Assembly: GCF_006345805.1 (NCBI RefSeq)
Contig: NC_043015.1
Coordinates: 34,906,001 to 34,970,000 of the forward strand
Direction of reading: 5' to 3'
Length of the DNA stretch: 64,000 bases
From: Octopus sinensis
Taxonomy: Eukaryota
Shown: piece by piece, positions 38,361 through 52,374 of the stretch
How the letters are laid out: each line of letters opens with the position of its first letter
Position numbering within the stretch: the stretch's first letter is position 1
Program-made: the position numbers and the translations under genes
The notes under the pieces: generated by a model
What the model saw: only the letters and a program-made list of their open reading frames with translations
The model's database searches: none
Told to the model about the DNA's origin: nothing

Positions 38361-41300
38361 AGACCTGTGACCAAGTGACGTTAGAGCTTTGGTTTACACA
38401 GGCAGTTGCCAGATGTATGAGATGTGTGTATTAGCTTCATTCAATATATCTTGCAAATGGTCGATGGTGGGGAAAAAAAGAATAAACACATTTTTGGAAT
38501 CAGCACAAAATTCTGTATTAAAATCACTCAAAACAATGACAATGAAAACTTTTGTGGAAATTTGTAACCCAGAGAGCTACAAGTTTGCAAAGTGAATAAA
38601 TCTATATTAAATAAAATATATTCAAGAGAGTAGTTAAGTTACAATGCATAAGAAGAATTCTATTAAATGGAATATATTCTAAAGAAAGAATAAATTACAT
38701 TGTTTTAGTAGTGAAAATTACGGCTTACAAGGGTAATTAGAGTGAATTTCAATTGTTAGGGAAAGAATGCTTAAAACTTAATTATTGAATAAAGCAAAAT
38801 GAGGAATGGAAATCAATTAGAATATGGTCCCATATATAAGGAATAAACTTATGTTGGAAAGGATTTAAATGCATTGTTAGGTGTTGGTTTATATTAGGGG
38901 TTGCCAAACTTTTTTGACCATCGACCGCCTTTAACTACTTCTTCTACATCAACCTCCTTTAGCCTCTTCTCCTTCCACATCGACCACCCTCCTCATTTAA
39001 AATATCTTAATACCCTACCCTACCATATCTTAGATGCATACCAGGTACTGATGCTGCCAATTAAAATGTTAGATAAAATATACATGTATGACAAATGAAG
39101 AAATTCTATTGAGGATGACACACTTTTTACAGTTCATCTAGGTGAGCTGGTCTTTCGCATGCTGACCCCCATTCAACTTCCTGGTTATCATCGACCCTCC
39201 TGTAATTCCTTGTTGACCCCAAGGGGGTCCTTTGGTGCCCTTGGTTTATATGAAGAAGTATACAATGTGGTAATGTAACTAAGGAATTGAATTTACCTTT
39301 GCTTGAATTTCACAGAACAAGCACCTATGCAATAATATACCTTTCCCAGTATTAGTATTGAATATTTATACACTGTTTCTCCTAAGACATTGGTTTTTCA
39401 GGAGACAGTCCTGACAGTTCTTCAAATTAAATTATTCATTCAGTGAAGTATTATAGGAGTTTCTATTCACTGTTACCATTCATATTATTACTTAGACAAG
39501 ATTTTGGGATATCCAGTGTTCCACTCTCACCTTCTTCCCAGCTGCTTCATTACAGAGAAATTCATTTTGCATGCTCATATTCATAGCAAGAATTAATTAT
39601 TTCCTTAGCTTCAAAAGTTTTCTTTTTTTTTTTTATTGTTATATTAGATGTGGTGTATGCAAATTTTATTGTACATCTGTTGAATATTCTGCTATGAAAG
39701 AGAAAAATACTTGTCCAGAGCCATAAAGAATTGGGGTGTTTATGGCTGCTTGAGCCTCAAATGAAGCATTATACTAGAAAATTGGTTCATTGCATGTTTT
39801 TTGTCTCTTTTTAGGATCGTTTTGATGATTAACATTCTGTGCATTGTCATTCATAATGCTGTGTGGCGAGATGTACTCATATCTGGGATCAAAATGTTTC
39901 ATACTATATACTTACCCTTATTACTAGGTAGAATTCTCCAATTGCACTTTTCACTGAACAATCAGGTTAATCCCAGGCTTATCCTCCAAAGTCTTTCCTT
40001 CCTCGAGTAGGAATAGGATAATTATTACTGCCCAGTGGACTGATTATATTCCTCCCACTTTTCCCACTAATATTCATCTTTTTATCGAACCCATTATTGT
40101 ACCACTTAGCATATTTCGTTCCATTATTAATGTAGTCATTACTTCCAGTCATCTATGTATGTAATTCACTATCCTTTGGCGCCTTCCCAATATCCGCTTC
40201 AGGAATATATCTAATTTTTTTCAGTGGATTGATCTTTAAAGTAGTTTATGTTAGGATTAGCCTCCCATTATATTATGAGACATACAGCCTAATTAGGGTG
40301 TTGTACTCACTGTGAAAAGATAGTTTTGATCCCCAGATAAGCAGTTCATTGTGTTCTTGAGAAAGACAATTTCACGTTGCTCCAGTAATGAGTAACCCTG
40401 CAATAGACTAACATTCTGTTCCAGGGTAGTTCTGGCTTGCCTGCCTGGATGGGGAACAGTGATATGTATGTATATGTGTGCATGGCTTTTGTGTGGACCC
40501 CTTACTCCATGACAATTGGTGTTGATTTCTTTACATCCCCATAACATAGTGGTTCAGCATAAGAGACCAACAGAATAAGTACCAGACTTTGAAGTAAATA
40601 AAAGATAGATGCATGTAGGCAGGTAAGCAGGAAGGTTTGTTTTGAAAAAGAGTGATGGAAAGCATGACATGTTACCAAAAGGTTTGAACTCAGTAAATGA
40701 TTCCATACTCAACAGATTCTGAAAATAACCATCATATTTCTAGATAGGCTTGCATGTGGATATCATGCCACATTACATAGTAATAAGAAATGCAGAAAAT
40801 GTAATTTTCATTTTTAAGCTTTATTTAAACGTGAATTTCTGCCAGCTGCTTGCTGTTACACAACCTGATTTGTATTTTCCACTGCAAATACAAGAAGCAT
40901 GGCAACCAGGTCGTGTCACGGCATCAATTGGCTGCTTGACGAATGGGCATCTGTTATCCAAAGCTTAAAAATACCAGTCAAATTTTCTGCATTTATTATT
41001 ATAAATAAATAAATCTATAAAATCACTGTAAATCCACATGTCCAGCATTTGCCAACTGCTTTCTTGTTGAATTCAAAGAATTTGCTTCATTTTGATAGCA
41101 TGGAAATTTTGGTTTAATGAAGGTTTCAGGGAAGAGGTGGGGGGGGTAATAAGGGTTGTGACTTGTTTGTCTGATGAGGAGTGAGAAATGACTGATCATT
41201 TGTATGAAGCTGTTTACTATTTTTATATGTGGTAGTAGAAGAAAGACTAAGGATGGTAAGCAGCAGGAATATCTACTTTGTCTTTGCATATGTTCCCATG

Positions 41301-42129
41301 TGTTTTCAAAGATTGATTCATGATAAAAGCCAGATTGGCCATATAAAAAAAACTTTAATTCTGTTCAATTTAATAAAATGTGATTTTAAATTCTGTAAAA
41401 GTAGCATTCATGTCAGATTTGTGGATAACTTTTGTCCACAATTCTGAGGTCCTCAAAAAAGGTCATGGGACTATCTTTTGTCCTAAGATCAAAAAAAGAA
41501 AACAACAAAAGCAATGCTCTTCTATAGTAATAAAAGCAAAATTCTATCTGTCCATCTGAGGTATCTCAGTCTACATTTGCTCTCCATAGACATATTCTAC
41601 CATTTTGGAATCAGGATGATCCCGTGATTGAAAATCTGCCCTTCATTTGGTTCTTGAATATTCAGCATTGGGATCTGATTTAAAAGCATTTGGGTTGCTA
41701 TTTCTAGCAGATAAAGCTCGACTAATTCATGCCATCTTGCTGGCATTGGACAGAGATCGAAGGGGAGATAAATGATATCCGCTTCATTAATTTTACGTCA
41801 AGATAAGAACTTTGGGACAAATTTGTCAACAGTTGGAATTCAAATTGGAACTGGAACACTAGAATGATTACATTACAGAATTAATTCTCATCCGTCCTTA
41901 ACCTCTGCTCAAACACCACCAGAGCATAAAGTCATTATAGATATATTATAGTCATGCTATTTAGCTCTCTTTAGTTTTGGGCCATAGGCCCAATTATCCC
42001 TCCGCAGGAGCTAGCTTAAAAGTCTGCATGGAGTGTAGCTTTTAAACTAGTTATATCATAACTCTTAATATTCAGATGTGCTTTTTTAATCTTAATTATT
42101 TATATAAATTTGTTTTAAATGTATTGTAG

Positions 42130-42247
42130 GTTGAAGAAGGTTGGTGGGAAGGTCAACTAAATGGTAAAGTTGGTATGTTTCCTTCTAATTTTGTTGAAAT
42201 CCGTGAAAATCCAGATGAAGAAGAAAGAGAAAAAAGTGTGAAAACAG
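42130..42247 (+). CDS. SH3KBP1: Exon: SH3-B C-terminal half ([39 protein letters not shown])
   Basis: ttgtag acceptor, G|gtatg donor, 118 nt, phase 0 to 1; GWWEG and GMFPSNFV motifs. Confidence 0.95.
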
Positions 42248-42839
42248 GTATGTCTTCATTTTCAGTATTGTGACTGTGTTGATTTCCTATAGAAATATTT
42301 TTGATATATAAACCCTCTCATCTCTTGCTGAGATAAAATTTATAAATTTTAAACCTTATTTCAAAACAAATATTAAATTTTCTTATTTTCAAATTGTTAT
42401 TTGTACATAAGTTAGGGAAGTGCTATTAACACTGAAATTTATATTTTCATAGTTAATGGCTTGTGTATAACTCCATTTTGATTTCATGAAACTGTTCAGT
42501 AATCGGTTTAGACAATAACTCTAAAAACATAATTTCAAATTAGCAGAGTAACCGTAATTCACATCAAATAATCAAACATGTTTAATCTATATTTACCCAC
42601 CATCACCAACCAACAGTAGCTAACTGGAAATACTCGTCAACTTCTGAACCTCAGTATCATGTAAAAAATTAATATAAAGAGATATAAGCAATATAGGATA
42701 TTAGGATATATCAATACAGAATTGAAATTTGTAATGTTTTACTCTGCCTGCCTCTTTTAGTAATAACAGAAATCTAACTTTTTAAACAAAATGTGAAGTT
42801 TTTCCATACATCATCTTGTGATGCACCCAGACATCTCAT

Positions 42840-43620
42840 TGGTGATGTTCGTGTCACTGGGTGTTTTGTGTCTTTTAACAATCATACACCCTCTCCTAGG
42901 CAGTGAAATCAAGGTTGAGCAAACCCCCAGCTTGTGTCCAGGATTCACATCTCCTGATCCAAGGCCACCTTGAAGCAACCTGTGTTGCCTTCTTAACCAA
43001 TTTAATGGCCTTCTACTTCCTGGCCCCTGCTATTTCCAGCATGTAGTAGGCTCTGCAGTAGGACTGGTCAGCAGTTTCTCGGAATCACACCTTGATGGAA
43101 CACACCTTGCTCACCATCCATTGCTTTGACATAGCTCAGCATATTTCCTACTTTATCTCAATCACCTGGTCAGTGCAATCCTCCGAGGGAATGGATAGTT
43201 CTAAAAGCACCACCTGCATGGACACTTCTGACATCATCACTGTCTGGCCTTAGTGATGTTAAAGTGGCAGTTTCTGGGAACTTCATCTGCTTCCCCAGGC
43301 CAGCTTTCAGCTCCCAGTCTTTTACTGTTGCTTGTGGACCCAAAGAGGTAGGCCTGGCAGCCAACATTTTTTTCACTCAGCTTTGACAAAGGAGGCAATC
43401 ATCTTTGCTAGGCAGAGATGCTTGCAATGGCTGATCCCACTGTGGTTGGTATCTGCTATGACCTTCAAGACTCGTTTTTGCATCCAGTGGTAGTGATCCC
43501 TCTCCCAGGGCTTATGGACCTACTGAGGATGTCCTCCATGGTCTCTCTCTCCTTAGATAAAGGGATAAAGTTAGTGACTTTGACTTGCCCTAGCAGAATA
43601 AGTTGGACATTGTAAACTAC
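42840..43620 (-). mobile_element. RLE-type (R2 superfamily, HERO/NeSL-like) non-LTR retrotransposon C-terminal remnant
   Basis: DWELKAGLGKQMKFP..TSLRPD, then after a frameshift VMMSEVSMQVVLLELSIP (PD-(D/E)xK nuclease signature); degenerate zinc-knuckle region upstream. Confidence 0.65.
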
Positions 43621-43719
43621 CTGAATGAAGATATTTATCTGGCAGGATAAACAACATAACTCTTAAAAACATTTTTAAAAATTCACTAAAAATGACTTCA
43701 GCTGCTGAAAAATACTATA

Positions 43720-44720
43720 CAGTGTGTTCAGGCTAAATTTAACAATTTTTTTATGCTTCCTTTCTTCATAAACAGCTTCATCTATTGGTAAACAATCAAT
43801 TGCATTGGCGACAAAGATTAAAGTTGTAGTTGAGAAAAAGTTAGTTGACATGGAGGACTGGAAGAGTTACTTGTGCTGGATGAGGCAGAGAGGACAAACG
43901 TTCTTTGAAAAATTCACAAAATTTTAGCTGCAAACAAATTTTATTGACATCAATGTGTTCATATGGAATTAGCATTTGTCAAAGTCAAGTGTGGAAAACA
44001 TCTATCATGTGGTGTCTGTTTTTATTGATGCATTTCTGAAGGACGTTGGCCTCCACTCTCTCTCCAGCATTATTCTGTCAATTTGGGCAACTTCCACACG
44101 AATTGCTTCCTTCAAATTGTCCAGTGTATACATGTACCTTTAGGTTTCCCGACAAGAAATAATCATACACGGACAAATCAGGGGACTGAGGGGACCAAGG
44201 ATTGACAGAAAACCTGGAAATGAAGCAGTCACCGAAGAGAGGGCGAAGAATGTCCATTGATGCTCTGGCTGTGTGGGCCATTGCCCCATCCTGCTGAAAC
44301 CACACATCAAATAGGCATCCATTTTTGTCATAATTCAGGCACAAAGAAGTTGTTTATAATCTCAGTGTAACACTTGGAGTTCACAATAACAACATTTCCA
44401 TTTTTTTGCACAACAAATATATAAACGTAATTTCCATTATTGTTTTCAAAAAAGTAACTACAATGACGGCAGTTTTTCCAACAGCACACCTGACCATCAC
44501 TTTTCGGCTGCACAGTGGTCTTCCGTGCAGTTCTCTCAGATTTTCAAGAGCCCAACAACAACAGTTCTGTTGATTCACCATGCCATTGAGATGAAAATGA
44601 GCTTCATCGTTCATTAACAAAATTGTAAATATTAAGTATTAGATTGAAATAGATTGGGAAGTTTTGATGTGGGTCTGAAACCAATGCTGCTATTTATGAT
44701 AAGGACATTTTTCATGTATT
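43720..44720 (-). mobile_element. Older Tc1/mariner remnant related to 18142-18988, retaining the catalytic-core region
   Basis: ta|cagtgtgttca left end; DEAHFHLNGMVNQQN, WFQQDGAMAHTA, WSPQSPDLSVYDYFL. Confidence 0.8.
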
Positions 44721-44839
44721 AAGACAAGACAAGGAAGATATGAAAATTGGTTTCAAAAGTTTCAAAAGTTATTAAGGATTTAATGAAGTTTATTGAAAAG
44801 AAATATGACACCAACATTTTAATTCATTTTATACTTCAG

Positions 44840-44988
44840 ATGAACCTGAAAAGAAAGATAGTAGCATTGATCCTGAAACTAAAGGAAAGAAAGTTAAAGG
44901 AGTTGGTTTTGGAAATATATTTGGTAGTGGTCCAATCAAGTTACGACCCTCATCAGGTGTATGGAAAGGTGAGACTGAAGAAAGCAAG
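44840..44988 (+). CDS. SH3KBP1: Exon: SH3B-SH3C linker (DEPEKK..KGKKVKGVGFGNIFGSGPIKLRPSSGVWKGETEESK)
   Basis: cttcag acceptor, AAG|gtaaat donor, 149 nt, phase 1 to 0; conserved CIN85/CD2AP motif KKVKGVGFGxIF..PIKLRP. Confidence 0.92.
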
Positions 44989-45607
44989 GTAAATACATTT
45001 TTATTTAGGGCGGGTTTTTTTGGTGGGGAGATTGTTTTTTTTTTTTTCACACACATTTACATTCACAATATTTAAACATTATTTGCTTGCTTTTTAAGAT
45101 TTATCACAATATTAAACTTCCAAAATCTAAGGAAACTGATGGACTACTTACAATCTAATGAAACAACTCCATCCCTGGGAAGTATAGGACCAAAGCCCTG
45201 AAGGCAATATCAGAGACAGCCAAGAGATGTTCCAGATAGATCTGGTCAAGGAGGAACAAAAACGACCTCCATACTGTTTTTGTATTTTAATGCTGAGGAA
45301 AGTAACAGAGTGAGTCATTGTGATAGTGTCAGCATTTCACTGCTACCATGACAACCAATGTTTTTTTTTTTCTTTAAATATAAGTTTGAATGCTGGGTCA
45401 ACAGAGAAGAGTTACAACTAGATGAAATCTCCAGGCAGTTTAAATGTACGTCTTCAATATAAAAAGTGTCAGCAGAAGGGAACCCAGAAATTATAACCTG
45501 GACGTGTGATTAGTTAAAGGCTGTAGCATTTGCCTGAGGTGGGGGTTTCTTCTTTGAAGAGCTTCTGCTGTTCGGCTTTCTTGAGAGTTTCTTACCACTA
45601 TATATAT

Positions 45608-45752
45608 ATCATCATCATCATCATCATCATCGTTTAACGTCCGCTTTCCATGCTGCATGGGTTGGACGGTTCAACTGGGGTCTGGCAAGCCCGAAGGCTG
45701 CACCAGGCCAGTCAGATCTGGCAGTGTTTCTACAGCTGGATGCCCTTCCTAA
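45608..45752 (-). mobile_element. Short, well-preserved RTE 3' end
   Basis: (CAT)n cgtttaacgtccgctttccatgc..ctacagctggatgcccttcctaacg. Confidence 0.85.
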
Positions 45753-45809
45753 CGTATATATATATATATACATATGTATATGTATTTACAGTGAGGACAC
45801 ATGGATTAG

Positions 45810-46030
45810 CAGTTAACCCTAGCCCTAGCAGTTAGGGTGTTGTACTAATGATTGCAAGATCGTCATTTCAATTCCTGGACCGGGTGGTGTGTTGTGTTCT
45901 TGAGCCGAACCGTTCATCTTGCGTTGCTCTGTGATTACTTTGACACCTGATCTGTGGTACACCTTGCACCTTCTCAGGCAATGTCAGTTTGATGAAGGAA
46001 GTTAGCTAATGTACGACACATACATTTGAT
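45810..46030 (+). mobile_element. Degenerate tRNA-derived SINE (another family)
   Basis: gaggacacatgg..cagttagggtgttg..tttcaattcctggaccgg head. Confidence 0.5.
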
Positions 46031-46915
46031 CATCATCAACATTTAACGTCCATTTTCCATGCTAACATGGGTTGGACAGTTTGACTGAGGTCTGGAGAGC
46101 CAGCAGCTGCACCAGGCTCCAATCTGATCTGGCAATGTTTCTACAGCTGGATGCCCTTCCTAATGCCAACCACTCCAAGAGTGTAGTGGATGCTTTTTAC
46201 GTGCCACTGGCACGGAGCCTGTCAGGCGGTACTGGCATCAGTCATGATCAGTTGGCCACCAGCATGGGAGACAGTCGGGCAGACCTGGCAACGACCGCAT
46301 TCAGATGGTGCTTTTTACATGCCGCCAGCCAGGAGCACTGGCCCCATCTGTGATATTGGTTTTACTTGACTCAACAGGTCTTCTCAAGCGTATCATATCG
46401 CCTGATGCATCAGGGTATTCTTAACAGGGCCGGACATGCGTGGCTGCCATCTCACTTTAGTTGCTGGGTCTTCCCAATTACAGCATATCTCCAATGGTCC
46501 CAGTCTCCTGTGAGGCCCAATGTTTGAATGTCATGCTTCATCACCTCATCCCATGTCTCCCTGGGTATACCTCTTCCACAGGTTCCTTCTACAGTTAGGG
46601 AGTGGCACTTCCTCACAGCTGTCTTCATTCATACATAACACAGGGCCGTACCAGTGCAGTCGCCTCTCTTGCACACACCACATTTTATGCTTCTTGTGCC
46701 CAACTTTTGTCTCAGGGCGCTTACACTCTGTCGTGTATGCACACTGTCATTACACATCCAGCAGATCATACTAGCTTCATTTCTTTCAAGCCTATGCATG
46801 TCCGCAGTATTCATGGCCCATGTTTCACTGCCGTGCAGCGTGGCTGTTCACACACATGCATCATACAGTCTACCTTTCATCCCGAGCGAGATGTAATTGA
46901 TGGTTGGCACCTTCT
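46031..46915 (-). mobile_element. RTE LINE 3' ~0.9 kb (3' UTR + ORF2 C-terminus)
   Basis: DMHRLERNEASMICWMC..LRQKLGTRSIKCGV; 3' UTR with subrepeats and (CAT)n. Confidence 0.85.
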
Positions 46916-47400
46916 TTTTTAGAGCTGCAATATCAAAGAATTCAGCTGGATTTTTTATTTGCATATGTCCAAGGGGGGAAGTGAAGACACTTTTAAATTG
47001 TTCACTGAGTATCTCACTTATCCTTCCTGGGTCTGCTGTCAGTGAGTCAGTCCCTTGGAACAGTCGTCCTATTTTATATTGTATTGTAGCTGTTTCCCTT
47101 GTGAATTTGTAGAAAGCTTTGGGATTTGTTTTTATGCTTTCCACTGCTCTTCTCTCTCTTTCTCTCTCTCTCTGCTCTTTCCCTTTTATGAGAGAGTTTG
47201 ATCTTGTTTTCGATTTCTAGGAGTGCCCATTTTAATATAGACTTCTCTCTATCCTTCAGTTGCCTATTCAGCCGCTTTGAGATCTTCAACCTATGTCTCA
47301 TGAGGATATTTCTGTCCCTGGGAATCTTATTTCTTTATTGCCTACAAGGGCATTACTATCCACATCTTGTATCTATCTCTCATGTGCATATTATGTGTAG
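46915..47400 (-). mobile_element. CR1-group LINE fragment, same family as 58613-61357
   Basis: [36 protein letters not shown] vs [36 protein letters not shown]. Confidence 0.85.
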
Positions 47401-47934
47401 ACCTGAATGAAATTGGGTTATAATACCAAAACAAGTAAAACAATAATAAACTATTTTAATCCCGAGCAAGGCCGGGTATATCTGTCTAATCTATAAAATG
47501 AAGACTGCGAACGTTGATACAAATTGGATTTTTATGTAAAAAGGGGTCTAAATGGGACTGGAAGGGGATTAAAATTTACATGAGGGGATAACTTGAGGTG
47601 AGAAATTGATTGGGAGACATTTTAGGGTGCTACAGTGGTTGCTTTGGTGTGAAAACGGGGATTTTATTGATTTTTGGGGACACTTGGTGGTCTAGATTGG
47701 ACACCTTTTGCCTGATTTCAATCAAATTTTCAACAAGGTAAAATGGAAGCGGATTTGTAATTTAAGAACAGAAATCTAATTTTTTATAAATGGGAGAGAG
47801 AGAGAGAGATAGAGAGAGTAAGAGAAAGCAAGGGAGAGTCTGAGAGAAAGGAAGAGTAAGAGAGTGGGAAAGTGAGAGAGAAAGGCGGGAGAAACAAAGA
47901 GGAAGAATGTGGCAATAAGAAACAGAAAGTAACA

Positions 47935-47977
47935 ACCACACCCTCACCCATGCGTAGAGCGCATCACCTTAAGCTAG
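47935..47977 (+). mobile_element. Possible Helitron 3' terminus
   Basis: atgcg-tagag-cgcat hairpin 9 nt before CTAG|T; similar degenerate ends near 47460-47490 and (minus) 53287. Confidence 0.35.
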
Positions 47978-48161
47978 TATATATATATTCCCAGAAAGTT
48001 AGAGGTTGTGAATCCAACCCACTAAGGGATAATATCTATCCAACATGCTGCTGGTAGAATAACCAATTATTAATACACAAGTGTTTTTTCTTTGCATTGC
48101 AATTACATTACATAGTGTACTAAATGGGTAAAAGTAAAGAGATATTTCACCATTAATTTAT

Positions 48162-48472
48162 AGAGCAATAAGAAAATGGAGGGGACCAATAGGTGGTTCA
48201 TCAACTTTTAGACATTATATTATGTCAATTTATTTATTTACTAAAATGACAATTATAACAATATACATACATTCCCAATTTCTTTTCCTGTATGTTATAT
48301 ATTTTAATAATTACTGGTATCTTTATATATTTTATATGTAAAGCATAATATGTTATACTTATATGTATATTCTTGTAATTGTCATTTTAGTAAATAAATA
48401 AATTGACATAATATAATGTCTAAAAGTTGATGAATACCACCTATTGATCCCCTTCCATTTTCTTATTGCTCT
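48162..48472. repeat. Inverted repeat with ~110-bp arms
   Basis: 48162-48269 vs 48362-48472 are nearly identical in reverse complement. Confidence 0.9.
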
Positions 48473-48503
48473 CTCTCTCTCTCCATATATATATGTGTAT
48501 ATA

Positions 48504-48582
<79 letters not shown>

Positions 48583-48699
48583 ATTTATTTAATTGAACGT
48601 GACGTATCCATTCCCAAGTAAATTTATCTTCACCTATATATATATGTGTGTGTGTGTATGTATAATAATATATATATATATATATATATATGTGTGTAT

Positions 48700-49290
48700 G
48701 TGTTTGTGTGTCTGTGTTTGTCCCCCTAGCATTGCTTGACAACCGATGCTGGTGTGTTTACATCCCCGTCACTTAGCGGTTCGGCAAAAGAGACCGATAG
48801 AATAAGTACTGGGCTTACAAAGAATAAGCCCTGGGGTCGATTTGCTCGACTAAAGGCGGTGCTCCAGCATGGCCGCAGTCAAATGACTGAAACAAGTAAA
48901 AGAGTATATATATATATGTGCATATAAATGCATATATGGGTACAGGACATCACCAACAGCACAAATAACATGAAATACATAAACAACGAGAAAAAATGGA
49001 AACCAGGGCAAGTAAACATAGGGAAAGGACCCTTCATCAGTTGTCAGCTGTCCATCTACTCCTCATTTCGATATATTTGTGTTTGTTTGTCCCCCTGCCA
49101 TCGCTTAGCAACCATTGCTAGGGTGTTTATGCCTCCCTGTAACTTAGTGTTTCAGCAAAAGGGACCGCATACGTATTAAGCTTACAAAGAAAAAGTCCTG
49201 GGGTCAATGTTTTCAACTAACACCCTTTAAGGCAGTGCTCCAGCATGGCCGCAGTCAAATGTCTTAAACAAGTAAAAGAATAAAGAATGT
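48700..49290 (+). mobile_element. Two SINE 3' halves (about 48700-48905 and 49075-49290)
   Basis: Both match the 3' half of 19649-20060. Confidence 0.85.
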
Positions 49291-50196
49291 CGGTCTAATT
49301 AATTTCAGAGAATCTGCTAAGACACATGCATAACTCCTTCTTCCTTCAGATCAAGCCATTAACACAAATTTTCATAATTATTCCCAATGAGTGAGAAACG
49401 TGCCTATGCCATTGTTTTCTAATAACCCAAATAAGTGTTCTGGTTACTTGCTTGTACCACGATGATCAGAAAGTGTTGAAACATCTTGCTATAGAAATGT
49501 AATAATTTCTTTCCTTGCAACAGACATTATTTCTCACCTAGGACCCATGCTAAGTCAGTGTAGCCATACTGTGCTAATCTGTTGCATCTAGGAGAGTTAA
49601 AAAAAAAGGTACAGGGACTGTCTCCTCTTTCTAGACTAGCAAACATTTTCTGATTCAGCATATGTATTTAATTTAGCATTGATTGAAACCTGGGACAGAC
49701 AATATTAGGCCAGTCTTGAATACAAAATTCTTGACAGACCTCACTTCGTAAGAAAACATGCTTCTAGAAACATATATAATGTTATACTGATTGGAAAGCT
49801 ATATCTAATGCAATTACTTTCAATAACGTTTTGTGATTTACTGTTCATAAGTGATACCATTTCTAAATCAATGTCCACATTAAGAGAGACATGTCTGCCA
49901 TACCACAAAAATTTTAATCTTTAAAACCCCATTTTTAAAGATATCTGTTCAAACTATAAGCTTCAAATGTTTACAGGAATAATCTGACCACTGTTATGAC
50001 TGTATTAAACATGCTTCATATCTCTTAACTGCCATTGTGAACTTTGTTTAGTTGGTACATATATTATTAGAGTTTAAGTAAATAAAAGTTATTTCCTCAA
50101 TTTTGTTAGCTACTAAATATTTCTCTTCCTTCAAATATGCCATAAAAGAAGACAAAAAATATAACTTTTTTTAAATTTAAACTTTATAAATTACAG

Positions 50197-50248
50197 GTTG
50201 AAAAAGTTTCTGGAAGTGCATCAACTACAGTTAAAAAGAGCAAGCAAT
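50197..50248 (+). CDS. SH3KBP1: Short exon (VEKVSGSASTTVKKSKQ)
   Basis: ttacag acceptor, T|gtaagt donor, 52 nt, phase 0 to 1, bridging 44988 to 52375 in frame. Confidence 0.75.
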
Positions 50249-51439
50249 GTAAGTCGAATCATTCATATACAAGCACACACACAAACTTTTCATCTTTGCC
50301 TTTCCATTGATGTTTTGCTGGGTTTGGTTGCATCATTATCTAAAAAGTAAATTGTACTTGGAAAAAGAATCTCTTTTAGACTAAATAAAAAAAAAAATAA
50401 AAAACAAAAGTATATTATTTATGTGAATGTAAGAGAGCATTAATGCTGGAGGTGATGGCCACTATATGTGGACAATTGAAAAACACTGGATGACTAAAAC
50501 ACAAGGAGCCAGGATATAGTCTGCATTCAGGAATGTTAGAGTCATTCATGTCTACCCTCTAATTGGTATTACTAGAAGCTGAAAACAAGTTTTCCTCCTT
50601 TATTTACTGTTGATGATTTTGCTGTTGTATGCAAATTAATAGTGCTAAACTTAACTAGCTATTTTACTCATCAATCAACTCAACTCGTTCAACTTCTCTT
50701 CGTTATTGGCACGGAATGATCCTGAATAACAAGAAAATGTAAAATAATAGTTGCAGGAAATAAACATGATTTGAATGTAGAACCATTGATTACAACAATG
50801 GTAAATATTTCCTTTTATAGTACAGAGGAATACATTCAAATGCATAAATTTTAATAGGAAAAAAATATTAACTAATCATCTTCATTGTCTTATATCTGCT
50901 TTCCATGCTTGCATAAGTTGAACAGGTGGTTGTTGTTTGGTTCAAGAACTACATCTCACTTTTACATTCCATTTTTGAATTGGTCTCTATGGCTGGATAT
51001 CCTTCTTAGTGTCAACCACTTTGTAGATTGCACTGGATGCATTTTATCATGACGTCTACTCAGGACAGATTGTCTTGTCTTTGGTAAAACAAGATTACTC
51101 TGGGCAGACCATATGCAATTATTACTTCCTCTTTTATTTTTTTATTGTAAAACTTTATTCTTTGCTGAATTTACTTTGAGGCCTCTTGATTCTTGCTTTT
51201 ACTTCCATGAATCTTCTCCAAATACTACTAGGTCATCAGCATTTTCTAGAGTACTTTAATTAACTTGAACCCCAATAGGTATCTCCTTGCACACTACATT
51301 CTTCAATAAGCTCATTTCTAACTCTCATCTTGCTGACTGGCCCTCTACCCTCACAAGCCAGTCATCTACCTCTAGTTTCTAGAGTGCATGGAACCCAGTC
51401 AGGGACCTTCTGTAGGTTAACAGATGCTAGGTAAAGTGT

Positions 51440-52020
51440 CTTATTCTTTGCTAAGTACTTACCCTGAAATTGACTGAAGAGTGTAATGGGTACCTTTACG
51501 TACCACAAGCACGGGTACCAGTTGCGTGACACCAGTATCTGTCACAGTTACAATTTCACTTGGCTTGATGGGTCTTCTCAAGCGCAGCATATCACCAAAG
51601 GTCTCGGTCACTAGTTGTTGCTTCACCATCATGTCCCATGTCTTTCTCTTACAACTTCCTTCCACTGATAGAGATCGGCACTTGTTCGCATGGCTCTCTA
51701 CATCCATACACATCACATGACCATACCAATGCGGTCATTTCTCTTGTACACCATGTGATGCCTCTTATGCCCAGCTTTTCTCTCAAGATATTTATTTTCT
51801 CTACATTTTTAGTGTTTATTGTACCTGTGCACCTTCCACACACAAAAACTAGTTTCCCTGTTAACCTTCCTTTGATATTGCTGCACCTTTTATGTGTCCA
51901 TAGCTTACACTGGGCACATCTTATGGAATTTCTACCTAAGCCTTTCCTACAGATCAAGCAGGGCCATCTACCTAAGGTTTTGAACTACATTTCATCTTCG
52001 TTAATTATTTCCCTAATTAC
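51440..52020 (-). mobile_element. RTE ORF2 C-terminal fragment with Cys-rich (PHD-like) motif
   Basis: CRKGLGRNSIRCAQCKLWTHKRCSNIKGRLTGKLVFVCGRC. Confidence 0.8.
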
Positions 52021-52374
52021 TGTGTTATAACTCTCTCAGTAGCTTTTGTTGTCTATCACTTCTATATGCTTTTCTCTAAAGCATCTTCTTTGCTCTGATA
52101 GAAGCTAAGAGTGATACAGTGATGTCAGTCATGGGCTGTAATTCTCTGTTTTTTCTGACTGACTAAACAAATGACTAGGACATGGTTTAGTCACCAGATA
52201 TTTTCAGCATTTCAGCTACTATAACTAATGGTTCTGCTGCCTTTTCTGCCTTCATATCCCTAATTGCTTTTCTCAACTTATAACATGTTAATAATAATTT
52301 TGTATGGTTTGTAAATTTTAGGGGAAAGATTTTTGGTAATCACATTTAATTTCCAAGCATTATATATTTTTCAG

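Noticed and set aside
38895-41900. Possible hAT MITE (38895-39245), Merlin-like (39750-40200) and Helitron-like (41560-41900) fragments
   Set aside because: Similarity is too weak to support a call without a search
49020-49072. Minus-strand CUGAUGA with an upstream GAAA
   Set aside because: Helices I and III cannot be formed convincingly
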